Below, piece after piece: positions 46,546 to 54,490 of a stretch of DNA of 64,000 nt. Below the pieces are notes generated by a model. That model had not been told where the DNA came from. It saw only the letters and a program-made list of their open reading frames with translations, and made no database searches. Source of the DNA: Oscillospiraceae bacterium (GTDB lineage Bacteria; Bacillota; Clostridia; Oscillospirales; QAMX01); contig SVLY01000007.1 of the NCBI GenBank assembly GCA_015067715.1, forward strand, positions 1,729 to 65,728, in the 5' to 3' direction. Within the stretch, counting starts at the first letter, position 1. Every line of letters starts with the position of its first letter. The position numbers and the translations under genes are program-made.

Positions 46546-47832
46546 TTACTTATTCTTCTCAGCTTCGGCTTCGCGGAGCTTGCGGGTCTTTTCTTCGCGG
46601 AAGAGGCGGTATTTTTCCTTCATGCGGGCGTGGAACTCTTCGGGGATGTCGGGGTTGCCCTTGGAGTAGCTGGGAATGACCATATCGCCTGCGACTTCGG
46701 GATCAACACAGGTGGTGTCGTTTCTGAACTTCTCGCGGACCTCGGGGTCGCGCATATTGGGAACTTCCATGGGGATATTGCCGTTGAGAATGGAGCGGTA
46801 GGCAAACATTCCGGGCAGGTACATATCCATTGCCTCGTAAACGTCGATAATGTCGGCGTCGAGTCCCCGGAGCCTGTCGATGAAGTTGTGAACGGTGATA
46901 AAGTCGGCGCCGCTGTGGCCGGCCTTTTTCATCTGCTCTTCAAACTCGGAGTTTACGGGAATGTAGTTCTCGGGGTTGTCGTTTTCCATGCTCTCGGCCT
47001 CGTCGAAGGCGGTGAAGATACGGTCAACGTCGTTGTTCTGAGAGATCTTTCTGGCGGTCTCCATGGTGCCCTTGGAGCCGTACATTGCGTACCACAGGGA
47101 GTAGTGGGGCAGGTTGCCGTGGACGCTCTTGATGAGTGCGCCGTTTTCAAGGGTGACCATCTCAACGCCGGCAAGACCGCTTCTCATGGCAGTTGCGGCC
47201 ATCTTGGGGCGGTAGGGCATCTCAAAGCCGGTGACGGAGACGGGACGCAGACCGGTGGCGTGGATGATGGGGCCGAGGGAGTGGGTGCAGTAGAAGGTGC
47301 AGTACATGGTGTTGCGCCAGTGGTTGGCTTCACCGTAGGTGTGGATATGTGCATCGGGAGTGAGGTCGTGAATGTATTCGCAGTCGGCATACTCAAACTC
47401 ACCGATCTTGCCCTCGCGGAAGAGCTTTGTCATTTCGCTGGGACCCTTCATGAAACAGCAGTTTTCGGCGTAGGCGTAGATCTTTCCGCTGCGCTCAACT
47501 GCCTCAACAAGCTCAACGGCCTGCTTCATGGTCTGGCAGGGGAGAAGCTCGCTCATAACGTGAAGCCCGGCGTCCAGACAGCGCACGGCGTAGGGGGCGT
47601 GCTCGGTGGCGTAGTTTGCAAGAAGGACCGCGTCCATATCGTGCTTGATGAACTCGTCGAAAGAAGAGTAGAAGGTGATGTTCGAGGTGTCCACCTTGGC
47701 CTTAAGATCCTCAAAGGTGGCGGTGAACTTGTCGCAAACGGCAACAAGCTCGGCGTTGCCGTCGGCCTGGCACTGCTGTGCAAGAGAAATTCCCCGTCCG
47801 GCGCCAAAAAGGCCGATTCTGATTTTCTTCAT
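46546..47832 (-). CDS. Gfo/Idh/MocA family oxidoreductase
   Basis: MKKIRIGLFGAGRGISLAQ Rossmann N-terminus with a GGAGGA SD. The 78-codon upstream extension in the track is rejected. Confidence 0.85.
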   Translation of the reverse strand: MKKIRIGLFGAGRGISLAQQCQADGNAELVAVCDKFTATFEDLKAKVDTSNITFYSSFDEFIKHDMDAVLLANYATEHAPYAVRCLDAGLHVMSELLPCQTMKQAVELVEAVERSGKIYAYAENCCFMKGPSEMTKLFREGKIGEFEYADCEYIHDLTPDAHIHTYGEANHWRNTMYCTFYCTHSLGPIIHATGLRPVSVTGFEMPYRPKMAATAMRSGLAGVEMVTLENGALIKSVHGNLPHYSLWYAMYGSKGTMETARKISQNNDVDRIFTAFDEAESMENDNPENYIPVNSEFEEQMKKAGHSGADFITVHNFIDRLRGLDADIIDVYEAMDMYLPGMFAYRSILNGNIPMEVPNMRDPEVREKFRNDTTCVDPEVAGDMVIPSYSKGNPDIPEEFHARMKEKYRLFREEKTRKLREAEAEKNK

Positions 47833-47900
47833 GTTCGTTTCCTCCCGTACGTTCGGTTTTCTTAACTGAATTGTAACACAGGGACGGCTCTGCCGTCTAT

Positions 47901-47932
47901 GGCAATTTTCCATAAATGTATGGAAAATTGCC
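47901..47932. promoter_or_regulatory. perfect 14-bp-arm palindrome in divergent promoter region (candidate operator)
   Basis: GGCAATTTTCCATA-AATG-TATGGAAAATTGCC. Confidence 0.5.
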
Positions 47933-47940
47933 TTCTGCTG

Positions 47941-47970
47941 TTGACTTTTCCCAGCGGAACAAAGTATAAT
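47941..47970 (+). promoter_or_regulatory. candidate sigma-A promoter for AraC-family gene
   Basis: TTGACT, 18 nt, TATAAT. If used, the TSS falls after ATG 47972. Confidence 0.5.
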
Positions 47971-47971
47971 C

Positions 47972-48814
47972 ATGGAGCGGAAAAACGTGACCTGGGAGGG
48001 ATGCGCCGTGGGCGAGAGTATTTGCAGATTCATTCCCGTAAAAAGGGCGGACGAGGGCATTAACACCCTGAATTTTGTTTACGAGGCAGACAGCTCTGCC
48101 ATAAAGCGCCCCTTTCTGCGGAGCGCGTATATGCTCCACATAGTTACCTCGGGCAGCGCCGTGCTTGAAATGGGAAACGAAAAATACCCTTTGAAAAAGG
48201 GGGATATCTTTCTCGCCTTTGCCGCCGTGCCCTACGAGATAACCCGGGACGAGGATCTGAGCTATATGTACATCACGTTTATCGGAATGCGGGTGAGGTC
48301 GCTTTTCGAGGAGCTTGGCATAAGCCGAAGCCGTCCGGTGTATTCGGGGCTTGGGCATCTGCTTCCCTTTTGGGAAAACGCCCTTGCCATGCTCGTGCCT
48401 GCCAACGCAAATATCCTTGCGGAGAGCGTTTTGCTCTTCACCCTTTCCCACATGTGCTCTTCGCCCCGGGAAAAAAACCAGCCGGAGGAGAGCTTTTCTC
48501 CCGCCGGGGACATAAAGGCCTTTGTGGACAGCCACTATACCGACCCGGAGCTGAGCCTGAAGGTCCTGTCACAAAAATTCTCCTACAGCGAAAAATACAT
48601 CTCTGCCATGTTCAAAAAACACGTGGGCACGGCCTTTTCCGACTACCTCAGGGATCTTCGCATACAGCGTGCCTGCCAGCTCATGGACGAGGGCGTGACG
48701 GTCATGTCCGAGGTTGCCGCCATGAGCGGCTTTAAGGATCCCCTGTATTTTTCAAAGGTGTTCAAGGCAAAAATGGACCGCTCCCCAAGCGGGCATATGA
48801 AGCTGAGAAGATAG
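47972..48814 (+). CDS. AraC family transcriptional regulator
   Basis: Cupin-like N-domain plus a C-terminal double HTH (ISAMFKKHVGTAFSDYLRDLRIQRACQLM). ATG 47972 lacks an SD. In-frame GTG 48008, preceded by GGGAGGGA, is an alternative start. Confidence 0.85.
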   Translation: MERKNVTWEGCAVGESICRFIPVKRADEGINTLNFVYEADSSAIKRPFLRSAYMLHIVTSGSAVLEMGNEKYPLKKGDIFLAFAAVPYEITRDEDLSYMYITFIGMRVRSLFEELGISRSRPVYSGLGHLLPFWENALAMLVPANANILAESVLLFTLSHMCSSPREKNQPEESFSPAGDIKAFVDSHYTDPELSLKVLSQKFSYSEKYISAMFKKHVGTAFSDYLRDLRIQRACQLMDEGVTVMSEVAAMSGFKDPLYFSKVFKAKMDRSPSGHMKLRR

Positions 48815-48829
48815 CCATTGCGTCGGCAG

Positions 48830-48926
48830 GCCCCCACCGCCCCTGCGGGGCACCTCCCCCGATGGGGGGAGGTTTTTTGCGTATGCCTGTAAAGATAGGA
48901 TAGTGCTAAAAATAAAAGCACGTACC
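48830..48926 (+). repeat. repeat module A, copy 1
   Basis: A double GC hairpin, then TTTTTGCGTATGCCTGTAAAGATAGGATAGTGCTAAAAATAAAAGCACGTACC. The same module occurs at 51441-51531 and 54675-54763. Confidence 0.9.
48839..48878 (+). terminator. rho-independent terminator of AraC-family gene (part of repeat module A)
   Basis: GCCCC-TGC-GGGGC, then CCTCCCCC-GAT-GGGGGGAGG, followed by T6. Confidence 0.8.
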
Positions 48927-49001
48927 CAAGGCTCCCTCTCCGAGGGAGCTGGATCGGCCAAAGGCCGAGACTGAGGGAGTGAATGCACCGGCGTATCATC
49001 C
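48927..49001 (+). repeat. 75-nt repeat module B, copy 1
   Basis: CAAGGCTCCCTCTCCGAGGGAGCTGGATCGGCCAAAGGCCGAGACTGAGGGAGTGAATGCACCGGCGTATCATCC. Confidence 0.95.
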
Positions 49002-49045
49002 CATGTGCCTCTCCCGGCGACATTATGCCAAAGGCGACCTTTTCC

Positions 49046-49118
49046 GGACGCCCCGGGAGGGGCGTCCCTACGGGCGCAAAGACAACCCCTGCGCCGTAGG
49101 GGCGAACTGCGTTCGCCC
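49046..49118. repeat. REP-like head-to-head palindrome doublet 1
   Basis: GGACGCCCC-GGGA-GGGGCGTCC + CTAC, 24-nt linker GGGCGCAAAGACAACCCCTGCGCC, then GTAG + GGGCGAAC-TGC-GTTCGCCC. Confidence 0.85.
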
Positions 49119-49259
49119 GTTTCGCGTATCATCCCCGGGTTCAAATCCCGGCAACACCGTGCCGATGGCGACGTTTTCGGGCGATTTTCAAATCGTCCCG
49201 CGCAACCTACTGCCAAACGATCGTCACAATCGAGCCCGCCTGCAGATTACTGCAAATAA

Positions 49260-49649
49260 TTACCCTCCATTGATATCCCAAATGGAAAGTACATCGCCTT
49301 CCGAGGTAATGATAGTCCCTATGGTCTCACCTAAGCCCGGAATATATCCAAGCACAATCCACATATCAGACTCAGGGTCATATCCAACTCGATGCGGAAA
49401 ATACCGCAAGGTTTTCTCCAAACCAAATTCATCTATCCACAACCATAGCGTCTGCCAACGGACCTGGCGCGCATTATGTACTTCTCCAACCCGAATATCG
49501 CCATACAAAGGTTCATGAGTCGGAAGGAACTCTCTATTAACCGGAATCTCGTAGTAATTCGGATTTATCAACATCGTTGCCCATATCACCATTACAGCTA
49601 CCAGAAAATATACCACCGTTAACAGAACCGTTTTGCACACATTTTTCAT
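49260..49649 (-). CDS. hypothetical small membrane-anchored protein
   Basis: 129 aa from MKNVCKTVLLTVVYFLVAVMVIWATML (AGGTGAGG SD). AT-richer than the flanking chromosome. Bracketed by repeat blocks. Confidence 0.6.
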   Translation of the reverse strand: MKNVCKTVLLTVVYFLVAVMVIWATMLINPNYYEIPVNREFLPTHEPLYGDIRVGEVHNARQVRWQTLWLWIDEFGLEKTLRYFPHRVGYDPESDMWIVLGYIPGLGETIGTIITSEGDVLSIWDINGG

Positions 49650-49723
49650 GTTCCAATACCTCACCTAAGCGGATGATTCGGCTCATATACAATATCCTCG
49701 CATATAATTTCCCCATACGGATC

Positions 49724-49798
49724 CAAGGCTCCCTCTCCGAGGGAGCTGGATCGGCCAAAGGCCGAGACTGAGGGAGTGAATGCACCGACGTATCATCC
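49724..49798 (+). repeat. 75-nt repeat module B, copy 2
   Basis: Identical to copy 1 except for one G>A change. Confidence 0.95.
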
Positions 49799-49840
49799 CG
49801 CTTGCCTCTCCCGGCAACACCGTTCCGATGGCAAGTTTGC

Positions 49841-49912
49841 GGGCGTTCACAGAACATCCCTACCGGGCGCAAAGGTTAACCTGTTACACCTTAGGGGCGA
49901 ACTGCGTTCGCC
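49841..49912. repeat. REP-like doublet 2 (degenerate)
   Basis: GGGCGTTCACAGAACATCC + CTAC, 27-nt linker, then TTAG + GGGCGAACTGCGTTCGCC. Colinear with doublet 1. Confidence 0.7.
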
Positions 49913-49973
49913 TGTTTCGCGTATCATCCCCGTGTTCAATCCCCGGCAACACCGTGCCGATGGCGACGTTTTC

Positions 49974-49997
49974 GGGCGTTTTTCAAATCGCCCCTAC
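49974..49997 (-). repeat. single REP-like palindrome with GTAG head
   Basis: Plus strand reads GGGCGTTTTTCAAATCGCCC + CTAC. It ends 4 nt before the stop of the 50001-50324 gene. Confidence 0.7.
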
Positions 49998-50000
49998 TGC

Positions 50001-50324
50001 TCACAGTAAGTCAGCCAAAACAGAAATAATTCCAAAAGAAAAACAAAACAGGCTCCCAACCAAATAATGAATTCCGCCCCATCGTTTTGCCCGGCTATCA
50101 GACTTATCTTTGGAGAATGAACGGTATCTGAAAACGTACTTAAGGATCCTGTTCAGGAATTTCGGACGAACACTAAAACCAAAAAACCACTCATAAAAGA
50201 GCGACCCAAATACCATCGCAATAAGCCACACTCCAGCAGATCTATGTTCAAGCACCAGTGCAACAACAAAACATACAATATTTATTACGAGGTAAGCCTG
50301 AGTCAATCGTTTCTTCCATATCAT
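50001..50324 (-). CDS. hypothetical small integral membrane protein (about 3 TM helices)
   Basis: 107 aa from MIWKKRLTQAYLVINIVCFVVALVL. AT-rich. The longer ORF in the track reads into repeats. Confidence 0.55.
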   Translation of the reverse strand: MIWKKRLTQAYLVINIVCFVVALVLEHRSAGVWLIAMVFGSLFYEWFFGFSVRPKFLNRILKYVFRYRSFSKDKSDSRAKRWGGIHYLVGSLFCFSFGIISVLADLL

Positions 50325-50444
50325 CCGTCCCACCGTTCTTTCACGTAACCAAACAAGTCTATAACTATCTCGCAATCCGAAACTGCGACCGCCCAACGCC
50401 CCCACATACCATTCCGCTGCATCGCGCCAACCGGCAACGTTTGC

Positions 50445-50516
50445 GGGAGGCTGATAGCGTCCCCTACGGGCACGAAGACCAACCTCGTACCGTAGGGCGG
50501 GGGCTTGCTCCCGCCG
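50445..50516. repeat. REP-like head-to-head doublet 3
   Basis: GGGAGGCT-GAT-AGCGTCCC + CTAC, 24-nt linker GGGCACGAAGACCAACCTCGTACC, then GTAG + GGCGGG...CCCGCC. Confidence 0.85.
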
Positions 50517-50520
50517 AAAT

Positions 50521-50558
50521 CCTGTGAAGGCACACGGTTTACACACTGTGTGAGGACA
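50521..50558 (+). repeat. 38-nt repeat module F, copy 1
   Basis: CCTGTGAAGGCACACGGTTTACACACTGTGTGAGGACA. Copies also at 51283 and 51726. Confidence 0.9.
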
Positions 50559-50582
50559 AGTCTTCCCCTCGCAGGGGAAGAC

Positions 50583-50634
50583 TTATATATGGGTCGATTT
50601 TCAAATCGCCCTACCGCAATTATTCATTATTCAT
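50583..50634 (-). repeat. repeat module G (REP-like palindrome + AT tail), copy 1
   Basis: TTATATATGGGTCGATTTTCAAATCGCC + CTAC + CGCAATTATTCATTATTCAT. It contains the stop codon of the DUF5104-like ORF. Confidence 0.85.
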
Positions 50635-51210
50635 TCGCCCCCCCCCCCGTGTCATCCCGTTCGCCTTTCCCGGCGACACTATATTAATTCCCGGAATCCA
50701 TTTTCCGTCACCGCGATATACATAATTCTCTGTCCAATTATTTGATTCAATAATATAGATAGACATAATCCCAATATTATTATCATCAAATTCGTCCTTT
50801 ATACACTCTTTGATAGCGATATAATATGTGTTTTCGGTTGTGTTGATGCAAAATGCAGACTGTATTTCCTTTCTCTTTTTCCCGCTTTCAATTCTATAGT
50901 CAGTCCCTACTCCCGCTTCCGATGCAGAAGAAAACGCAACTATATCACCATGAATAAACTCAAAAAACTTCAATGCCGATTGTGATAGATTGTCTACGCT
51001 ATTGTCTTCGCTTTTGATGGAATTAGAGAACATATCTACTATTTTCGAATCATCCTGTAAACTAATAGCAGTAATAATTTCGTTGAAAGTCTTATCTGCA
51101 ATTTTTTCATCATTATCTTCAAAAACACCCATACCAGTTCCTCCGTTAGAACAAGATGTAAAAGCCAATGTTAATATAAGCAGCATTATCAATAGAATCA
51201 CTTTCCTCAT
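50620..51210 (-). CDS. DUF5104-like lipoprotein
   Basis: Lipobox LTLAFTSC. About 35% GC by eye. Pattern FNEIITAI...DMFS...FFEFIHGDIV...YYIAIKEC. The last ~23 codons are encoded by repeat modules. Confidence 0.65.
   Translation of the reverse strand: MRKVILLIMLLILTLAFTSCSNGGTGMGVFEDNDEKIADKTFNEIITAISLQDDSKIVDMFSNSIKSEDNSVDNLSQSALKFFEFIHGDIVAFSSASEAGVGTDYRIESGKKRKEIQSAFCINTTENTYYIAIKECIKDEFDDNNIGIMSIYIIESNNWTENYVYRGDGKWIPGINIVSPGKANGMTRGGGRMNNE
50638..50648 (-). repeat. homopolymer C11 (G11 on coding strand) inside 3' end of ORF
   Basis: Eleven consecutive C residues at 50638-50648. Confidence 0.9.
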
Positions 51211-51282
51211 ATTTATCTCCTATGCTTAAAACTGAAGAATGGCTAATTCCAAATAATCATAAAATGACCAACGAGCCGAAAC

Positions 51283-51320
51283 CCTGTGAAGGCACACGGT
51301 TTACAATCTGTGTGAGGACA
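51283..51320 (+). repeat. 38-nt repeat module F, copy 2
   Basis: CCTGTGAAGGCACACGGTTTACAATCTGTGTGAGGACA. Confidence 0.9.
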
Positions 51321-51440
51321 CGGCCTCCCCTCGCAGGGCACAGTGAAGCCCTTCGGTCTTCACCGCAGGCGAGACTGATGAGGTGGAGCTTGCCAATGCG
51401 CCGCTGTTCGACATTGTGCCAAAGGCAGCCTTCACCTCAT

Positions 51441-51531
51441 CCGCCCCTTCGGGGCACCTTCCCCTGAAAGGGGAAGGCTTTTTGCGTGTGCCTGTAAAGA
51501 TAGGATAGTGCTAAAAATAAAAGCACGTACC
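51441..51531 (+). repeat. repeat module A, copy 2
   Basis: GCCCC-TTC-GGGGC + CCTTCCCCT-GAAA-GGGGAAGG + T5, then the conserved AT-rich stem-loop segment. Confidence 0.9.
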
Positions 51532-51606
51532 CAAGGCTCCCTCTCCGAGGGAGCTGGATCGGCCAAAGGCCGAGACTGAGGGAGTGAATGCACCGGCGTA
51601 TCATCC
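51532..51606 (+). repeat. 75-nt repeat module B, copy 3
   Basis: Identical to copy 1. Confidence 0.95.
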
Positions 51607-51649
51607 TGGTTGCCCCTCCCGGCAACACCGTACCGACGGCGACGTTTGC

Positions 51650-51720
51650 GGGAGGCTGATAGCCTCCCCTACGGGAGCGAAGACCAACCTCGTACCGTAG
51701 GGCGGGGGCTTGCTCCCGCC
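51650..51720. repeat. REP-like head-to-head doublet 4
   Basis: GGGAGGCT-GAT-AGCCTCCC + CTAC, 24-nt linker GGGAGCGAAGACCAACCTCGTACC, then GTAG + GGCGGG...CCCGCC. Confidence 0.9.
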
Positions 51721-51725
51721 GAAAC

Positions 51726-51763
51726 CCTGTGAAGGCACAAGGTTTACAAACTGTGTGAGGACA
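51726..51763 (+). repeat. 38-nt repeat module F, copy 3
   Basis: CCTGTGAAGGCACAAGGTTTACAAACTGTGTGAGGACA. Confidence 0.9.
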
Positions 51764-51836
51764 AGGCTCCCTCTCCGAGGGAGCTGGATCGGCCAAAGGC
51801 CGAGACTGAGGGAGTGAATGCACCGGCGTATCATCC
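51762..51836 (+). repeat. 75-nt repeat module B, copy 4
   Basis: Identical to copy 1. Confidence 0.95.
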
Positions 51837-51879
51837 CGGTTGCCCCTTCCGGAAACACCGTGCCGACGGCAATGTTTTC

Positions 51880-51905
51880 GGACGCCCCGGGAGGGGCGTC
51901 CCTAC
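51880..51905 (-). repeat. single REP-like palindrome with GTAG head
   Basis: GGACGCCCC-GGGA-GGGGCGTCC + CTAC. Confidence 0.85.
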
Positions 51906-51928
51906 GTTTTATTTATTCATTCGTCCCC

Positions 51929-51978
51929 CGTGCCCCCACCGCCCCTGCGGGGCACCTCCCCCGATGGGGGGGAGGTTT
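51929..51978 (+). repeat. repeat module A, partial copy 4 (hairpins only)
   Basis: GTGCCCCCACCGCCCCTGCGGGGCACCTCCCCCGATGGGGGGGAGG. Confidence 0.85.
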
Positions 51979-52029
51979 ATATATGGGTCGATTCGTGAAT
52001 CGACCCTACCGCAATTATTCATTATTCAT
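51977..52029 (-). repeat. repeat module G, copy 2
   Basis: TTATATATGGGTCGATTCGTGAATCGACC + CTAC + CGCAATTATTCATTATTCAT. Confidence 0.85.
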
Positions 52030-52093
52030 CAGCGAAGCGGCTTCATTATTCAATATTCATTTGTTCCAACGCATCATCCCGGTATTTAAATAT

Positions 52094-52117
52094 GGGCGAT
52101 TTAAAATCGCCCATACC
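52094..52117 (-). repeat. REP-like palindrome with variant head (GTAT)
   Basis: GGGCGATTT-AA-AATCGCCC + ATAC. Confidence 0.6.
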
Positions 52118-52330
52118 TCAACTCTTCACTCTTCTCTGTGCTCTGTTCACTGTTCTCTATATCCAACCTACGGGCGCATTTTACGCTTTCGCCGCGGCAA
52201 AAAGCCCCCCTTGCCGGGTGAGGGGTAGGGGGGATTCCGTAAGTCTTCCCCGGCAATACCGTGCCGAAGGCGACGTTTGCTTCGCTTGCCCTGCGTGAGA
52301 GGGCTCCCGAAAACGTCTGAGAAGATAAAG

Positions 52331-52373
52331 CAAAAACAGCCGCGCCCCTTTGAAAAAAACGGGGCGCGGCTTT
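52331..52373 (-). terminator. rho-independent terminator after the lipoprotein gene pair
   Basis: AGCCGCGCCCC-loop-GGGGCGCGGCT. The minus strand continues GTTTTTG. Confidence 0.8.
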
Positions 52374-52383
52374 GTAGTTGGTT

Positions 52384-53346
52384 CTATTCTGTCAATACGG
52401 TAACGGAATAGGGAATGTTGATCATAGCCGGGTCTATCGTCATAAAGAATCCGTCGTGTTCTAACCGCAGTACTGTGCCAACGGAGATATCCTGGGGAAG
52501 CCATTCCGGCTGCAGCTGTACCCGTTGGTTCGGAGAGTCTTTCTCAAGGTTTTCTGCAATTACCAGATCGCTTCTTATTTCAACCACCTTTACCGTCAGT
52601 GTCACAGAGGGACAGGTCAGCACAACGGAGCCTCCAACGGCGTAGACAGCGGCAAACTTTCCGTTGGCGCTCCAAAGATATTCTTCCGTCTCCCCGTCGG
52701 CCCAGACCTGAGAGCTTTCCGGCTCTCCCCATTTTTCAAGGAATTCTTCAAGGGGAATGCCCTTATAGGCGTTGCTTATATCGTCCTGCAAACCAAGGGC
52801 AAAAAACTCCTCGAGGGTCGGCGGATGGTTTCGGGATTCAATGCTTGCGGAATAGACCCTTTGAAAAGCCTCTCCGGGGTTGGAGGACTGCTCTTTTGAG
52901 ACCTCAAGCTTTAATACCGAGCCCACGGTGAGAGGGCCGTTTGAAGGGTCTACTTGGCTGACCGGAAGGTACGTCGACCTGCCTGCATAGCTTTCCGGAG
53001 AGGTGAGATGAAGAGATACTCTGTCCTCGCCCATGCCGTGCACTTTGGCCAAAACGGTGACGGATACCGAAATCAAGGTTACGTTTCCGTTTTTGTATTT
53101 AACTCTCAGGTATTTATCATTAACTCTCCATACGTCAAGCTCTTCACTCTCTGACTCGTAGGGGGGACCCCAGGCATCGAGGAGCTCGGACTTGCTCCTG
53201 CCCACACAGCTATCCAGAACAGCCTTATCACCCGTGAGCAGTTCGTCTATTTGGGGTAATCCGGCTGAAGATTCATCGGGCAGGGCGCCCCCGCAGGCGG
53301 AAAAAGCAAGGCAGAGAAAAAGTACTGTTGCAATGAGTTTTTTCAT
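52384..53346 (-). CDS. lipoprotein with two internal repeat domains, function unknown
   Basis: MKKLIATVLFLCLAFSAC lipobox. Internal duplication (ELLDAWGPPY...VTLISVSVTVLAKV and EFLEKWGEPE...VVLTCPSVTLTVKV). ATG 53346 has a GGAGG SD. Confidence 0.7.
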   Translation of the reverse strand: MKKLIATVLFLCLAFSACGGALPDESSAGLPQIDELLTGDKAVLDSCVGRSKSELLDAWGPPYESESEELDVWRVNDKYLRVKYKNGNVTLISVSVTVLAKVHGMGEDRVSLHLTSPESYAGRSTYLPVSQVDPSNGPLTVGSVLKLEVSKEQSSNPGEAFQRVYSASIESRNHPPTLEEFFALGLQDDISNAYKGIPLEEFLEKWGEPESSQVWADGETEEYLWSANGKFAAVYAVGGSVVLTCPSVTLTVKVVEIRSDLVIAENLEKDSPNQRVQLQPEWLPQDISVGTVLRLEHDGFFMTIDPAMINIPYSVTVLTE

Positions 53347-53366
53347 TGGGATAACCTCCTGTTCTC
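53291..53366 (-). repeat. shared 5' module (SD + signal peptide), copy 1
   Basis: About 76 nt with about 5 mismatches relative to 54235-54310. Confidence 0.9.
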
Positions 53367-54290
53367 CTATGGGTGCAGCTTCGGCTCCGTGCCGTAGATG
53401 GCGACGAAGGCATCGTAATCTTCGCTGTCGGCTGAGATCCAATCAACAAAATAACAGAGGGCGTATTCGCCGTTTCTTCTCACGATAAGCCATAGCTCAT
53501 CTTCCATACCTCTCACGCGGTAAATTCCGTCACAGCCCGTCGACCCTGCAATACGCTTGCCAAGGTAGGGCTCCGGCCAAGGCGAATCAACGGTGAACAC
53601 AACGTCATACAGAGCCGCATATCCGTTTTCGTCCACTGCATAAACAGGTCTTAAAAACTGACCGTTTGAAGTGAGGATATCTGCAATATCCGTCCGCAAG
53701 ACAAAAAACTTCGGACTTTTGGGCCGCATCACGGTCTTTGAATGCTCAACGGAATATCTGAACACCTCAGCCCTCAGCGCCCGGGCATTGGCTTTCTCCG
53801 GCTTTAACCCTTCGGAAACCAGCTGATCTGCGAGAGCTTCATTTTCGGATAAGCCCCAGACCTCAGCCAGATATCCGCAGGAAAACTCCATACAAAGATC
53901 CGCAACGGCATAGTTATAGAAATACCCGGGGCCAAAGTCTTCGTCCGGGAGCACGTAAGAGGTAAAATACTCCTGCCTTGCATATTTCTCCGGAGCTATC
54001 CCCAAAGCCCTGGCCTTTTCACAGCACTCATAATACAGCTCCTTCTGCCTCGCGGCAAGAGCATCCTTTCCGGGAGTAAACCCAAGGGTCTTGCTCAGAA
54101 CGTACAGCCTGTTCTCGAAATCCGCCCACAGCTCTTCCTCCGTGTTTTCAGCGGAGGAGATATAGTACTTTGAAAGCATGGTCCGTTTGACAAGTCTGCT
54201 TTCTGACGTAAAACATGCAGCCTCCGCTGTATCACCGCAGGCAGACAAAGCAAGGCAGAGAAAAAGTACTGTTGCAATGAGTTTTTTCAC
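53367..54290 (-). CDS. lipoprotein, function unknown
   Basis: GTG start and MKKLIATVLFLCLALSAC lipobox. The mature part is unrelated to the downstream paralog. Confidence 0.7.
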   Translation of the reverse strand: MKKLIATVLFLCLALSACGDTAEAACFTSESRLVKRTMLSKYYISSAENTEEELWADFENRLYVLSKTLGFTPGKDALAARQKELYYECCEKARALGIAPEKYARQEYFTSYVLPDEDFGPGYFYNYAVADLCMEFSCGYLAEVWGLSENEALADQLVSEGLKPEKANARALRAEVFRYSVEHSKTVMRPKSPKFFVLRTDIADILTSNGQFLRPVYAVDENGYAALYDVVFTVDSPWPEPYLGKRIAGSTGCDGIYRVRGMEDELWLIVRRNGEYALCYFVDWISADSEDYDAFVAIYGTEPKLHP

Positions 54291-54310
54291 GGGGATAACC
54301 TCCTGTTCCT
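54235..54310 (-). repeat. shared 5' module (SD + signal peptide), copy 2
   Basis: See 53291-53366. Confidence 0.9.
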
Positions 54311-54490
54311 GTCAGTATGGAACACAGCCAAGCACATCGTAACTCCGTTTTGCCTTTGTTGCCACCCCATGTGTGTGTTTGGATCCAATAGGCATATATT
54401 GCAAACGGATCAAAAGTGACAGTTCAGCTATGCACGCAATAATGCAGATACACGCAGAATACCGCTCCACTTCTTTTGCAATAGCCTAAA

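Noticed and set aside
49133-49160. tRNA T-arm look-alike CCGGG-TTCAAAT-CCCGG followed by CAACACC, which suggested a tRNA 3' fragment or att site.
   Set aside because: There is no complementary acceptor 5' strand, D arm or anticodon arm upstream. The paralogous copies of the module (e.g. 49927-49950) do not keep the T-loop. It is probably a chance resemblance.
53291-54310. Diversity-generating retroelement (template/variable repeat pair) as an explanation for the shared 76-nt segment.
   Set aside because: The repeats lie at the 5' ends (SD plus signal peptide), not in a C-terminal variable region. The differences are not adenine-specific, and no reverse transcriptase is present.
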